This document shows positions 60,255 to 64,000 of a stretch of DNA of 64,000 nt, in pieces. The stretch covers positions 32,736,001 through 32,800,000 of the forward strand of contig NC_043003.1 in the NCBI RefSeq assembly GCF_006345805.1, written 5' to 3'. This stretch comes from Octopus sinensis. Lineage: Eukaryota. The notes under the pieces were generated by a model. That model saw only the letters and a list, made by a program, of their open reading frames with translations. It did no database searches and was not told where the DNA came from. The translations under genes were made by a program, and so were the position numbers. The number at the start of each line of letters is the position of its first letter. Positions within the stretch are counted from its first letter, which is position 1.

Positions 60255-61759
60255 TGAATATTTATAAACCAAGATTTATATTTAAACCTACTATTTTAGG
60301 AATATTACTATTCCCAACAAAATAATAGGTAACAAACCAGTAATTCATTGGATATATGCTATCCCTTGAGGTGGTTTTTTAAAATCTCTTTTCATACATA
60401 CATACATATATTCTTTTTGCTTAGGCATGGGAGTACTAATAACCTGGTGTTAGAACTCAGTATACATATGCTTCAGAAAAAATGCATTAGTTGAGTACAG
60501 AGCATAATAAGGTATATAAATGACAAGGGAACAAGAAATTATGTAATGTACTCCATTAGCTTACAACTGTTTCTGTTATAAGATGCAATACACTTGTAGT
60601 TCAGTGTTCATATATCACCTTATAGCAGAAACAGTTGAAGATTATTACACACACACATTAGAGTAAAAAAAAATACTACTCAAAATATTTCACTGACATG
60701 TCAACAAAATTACATTAATGACGACAGAACTGTTTGCTGTTCTATAGCGTTGATTGTTCTACAGCAATTTTTTTTTAATCTTCTACTTATTTTTAACGTT
60801 ATTTCAAACTTCATCAGTTATAGTCACATCTGAGAAAGAAGAATCAAATAAAAACACCAAAGAAAACATTCCATATCAACTAGAGTTTTAAAATATTATT
60901 AAAAAAAAAATCTTTCTTTCTTGTTCTCTCCCTCTTTCTCCTCTTTATCTTTCATGTTAAAAATTATTAAAATTATTGGAAATTTATTGTTTACAAAAGA
61001 AGATTAAAGGCATATGAAAAAACAAAGAATTATGGTTTGTTCTTTATGTTGAATGATTTAGTTGTTTTCCTCTCTTTTTCTCTCACTTCTGTAAAATGTT
61101 AATATATTTTTGAGGATGAATATTAAAAAATGAATAATGAAAAATGACATTCCCATAGTCTTTGTTTATTTCTTATATGCATACATACATCTATATCTAT
61201 CTCTGTCTTTTTGTCTGCCTGCCTGTCTGTGTGTGTGTCCCTCTCTCTCTGTATATATATATATATATATATATATAATCTGTCTATCTAACTCTATACA
61301 CTCACATATGTATATGTATATTTGTGTATGTATTATATATCCTTGTGTCGTATGTGTTGTAAAATTCAAGTTGACTGCTACCTTGTAATAAATACAACAC
61401 TACACTCCATATTGAGTCTCTCCATAAGTAAATGTTCTGCTGCTATGTTTAAACTAGCTTTGAAATAATGTTACATAATCATCATCCGTTTTGCATGCTG
61501 GTATGGGTTGTGAGTAGGTCAAGTAAGCTGCTGTCTCTGGCCGGTAGTTTTCCAGCACTGAGGACAGGAAATTACCCAGAAACTATCAGTCTGTTGGTAC
61601 TGCTAGTGGCTAGGAGGGAGTAGTATGCTCCCTTGCCCACACTGTACCTCAGACACAGATTGTGTGTCAATAATCAGCTGGAAAAGATGTTTTCCTGGGG
61701 TTAAAGGGTAGTAGCCAATGTAAGGTGGCAAACAGATTTTACTATGCAGTATAGTTATT

Positions 61760-62730
61760 ACTTAGATTTCATACAGAGATTTAACACTATATTTGTGCGT
61801 GTGTGTACTAGGTGTCCAACCCTCTATCACTACTGCTATTTTTTTAACTGCTGACTTGGGTTATAAAGTTGGCCTAAAGATCTTCAATAGGGTTCCATGC
61901 CCTGAGATCTGGTAGTTATTAAGGAAACTAGGAGGAATGGCTTGTTAGAGCCATACATGACATATTAGGAAGTGAAGTGAGAGATGAGTTCTGTTTTGAA
62001 TTTAGCATGCAGGTAGGATTCAATCAAGGTTCAGTTCATCCCCTTATCCCATCTGTTTGTTATAGTCTTTTTAGCTTTATTGGATTAGTTTAAAATGAGA
62101 TGTGCATAAAATCTACCATACGTTGATGAGCTAACTCTTAATGCTGAGCCTGTGGCAGATTTAGTGTAGAAATTCCAGATATGGAAGGAAATGCAGAATG
62201 GAGAAACAAACTAAATTTAGCAAATACTATGGTGTTAGTAAGTAGGAGACAAAATAGGATGCTCCTACCACCAGGTAAATGACCATTATCAATATGCAGA
62301 AAAAGAGCCGGTAGAGATTGTATATGGTGTATTCATTATAAATTATGGTCACTCAAGGTAGAAAGCAGGCTAGTGGGGTCACAAAAAAGTCTTATTTTAT
62401 ACGCAGCAGATGTACAAGGGCAGTAAGCACTCAAAAGGCCAAAGAAATTATATTCCCTCTAGATTCTTTCAAATGTTTAGGAGGATTTTAGAAGTAGCTC
62501 TATGGCTCTTGTTGTCTAGGTGATCCAAATACTAGTGGAGGTAGGAGTAATTTAGACTAGAAAGAAATGAAGCAAACACTCTGAATGCCATATAAAGACA
62601 GTGAGCATGAACAGAATAAAAATGAGCTGAGAGAAAAGCTGAATAGAAAATCAGATAGAGTGTATGGGAAATCTGTGCTGGTATGGACATGTGATCTATA
62701 TGTGGGATGGTAGTTGTGTAAAAAGTGCCT
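61760..62730 (+). mobile_element. Very decayed RTE-type RT fragment
   Basis: VGFNQGSV.., LPYVDELTL (YADDL-like), LCWYGHV. Confidence 0.65.
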
Positions 62731-62734
62731 TTTT

Positions 62735-63103
62735 TTTTTTTACTCTTTTACTTGTTTCAGTCATTTGACTGCGGCCATGCTGGAGCACCACCTTTAGTCA
62801 AGCAAATCAACCCTGGGACTTATTCTTTGTAAGCCTAGTACTTATTCTATCGGCCTCTTTTGCCGAACCGCTAAGTGACGGGGACGTAAACACACCAGCA
62901 ATGCTAGGGGGACAAACAGACACAAACACACACACATACATATATACATATACATACATATATACGACAGGCTTCTTTCAGTTTCCGTCTACCAAATCCA
63001 CTCACAAGGCATTGGTCGGCCCGGGGCTATAGCAGAAGACACTTGCCCAAGATGCCACGCAGTGGGACTGAATCCGGAACCATGTGGTTGGTTAGCAAGC
63101 TAC
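62735..63103 (-). mobile_element. SINE family A, antisense, 5' head cut off by the adjacent element
   Basis: Matches 24915-25330 but stops at ...agcaagctactt. Confidence 0.88.
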
Positions 63104-64000
63104 TTTATTTTATCTAATTTGCCACAGGGGCATTACACAGATGTAGCATTGCGGGCTGGACATAGACATTAATGGTATGAATGATGGTGATGGAACAATG
63201 ATGATGGGAGAAGACGAAAGCGCCCGCCGACTTCCGCTTCTCTAAAACAATGTTCTTTTTTCAAAAAATCACAATGAGGCAATAAACCTCTTACTCAATA
63301 TAATACAATGTTCTATTTTTTTCTTTTAAAAACACACAGAAAGTTCAGGTTACCCGGCCGACCAGTGCTCTTGCTTTATTGAAGCACTCACTCAGTTCCA
63401 GGCAAGACCACACAGGTATAAATTTATAGGAGTCCTCCGGGAAAGAATTCACGATCCTGCACAGATCACTATCCCATAGGACCTCCGCAGCCACCTGCAA
63501 AGGCCACTCAGGGTCCTCCGTGCAGGACCGAAGTCCCTCCCATTGGCCCCTCCTTTCCATTTTCCTTATTTCATTCTCAATGGTTTCTCCTTTGTGGAAG
63601 CGGACCACATATCTATACTCCGGCGGCACACCCGCCTGAAGAGGCTTGGGAAACGCCGTCCGCGTGTCACAATCTGCCGGCGGCGTCCCGTTTCTCTTTT
63701 TTCTTTTTTCCCTGGGCCGCGGGAGGGTGAGGTTCCTGTGGTGCACACAATGGGTCCTCTTCTTCTCCCACAGCTCCTGGGTCTTTCGGTGGGTCACCAT
63801 TGTTGCCCACCTTTCTTTTTCGTTTTGAGGATGTAACAACCTCCTCATCATTCTTCTGCTTCTCTCCCTCCATTGGGGGAGCAGGGAGAGGTTCCACCAT
63901 TAACTGCTCCAGGATCCTACTTTGGTCCCTGGGGCAGTTCTTAATGTGGCTGGTCTCCAGGTATAATTGACACTTGGGGGGGGGGCGTCCCTCAAGCATC
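63104..64000 (-). mobile_element. GC-rich retroelement with a gag/ORF1-like zinc-knuckle ORF (L1/Tx1-like), runs off the window
   Basis: LEGRPPPKCQLYLETSHIKNCP (degenerate CCHC), a K/E/P-rich linker, and a frameshifted C-terminal domain ending at 63345; then ~240 nt ending in A-rich gataaaataaag. Confidence 0.6.

Overview
AT-rich, repeat-dense metazoan DNA. The SINE/LINE/microsatellite landscape looks like a coleoid cephalopod (Octopus-like); this is my recognition, not a database result. One protein-coding gene can be fully reconstructed on the + strand: SLC35B3/PAPST2 (Golgi PAPS transporter 2). It has 9 coding exons from 22513 to 53015, all GT-AG and phase-consistent, giving 1365 nt / 454 aa, and it follows a CpG-rich promoter-like zone (~17.6-23.4 kb). 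Most of the remaining recognisable sequence is nested mobile DNA: tRNA-derived SINEs, RTE/CR1/R4-Dong LINE fragments, Tc1/mariner, piggyBac- and hAT-type MITEs, Helitrons, and micro- and minisatellites. The most unusual object is a 417-bp TSD-flanked element at 48978-49394. It has a tRNA-derived Pol III promoter between two inverted Penelope-type terminal repeats, each carrying a degenerate minimal hammerhead ribozyme, making it a candidate Penelope-mobilised, ribozyme-bearing SINE. Also notable are several other inverted or tandem hammerhead/pLTR footprints; a ~1-kb-LTR non-autonomous retroelement with a 178-bp core, rearranged by an inversion into a 343-bp hairpin; and an R4/Dong element sitting in the (TTA)n tails of a head-to-tail SINE array.
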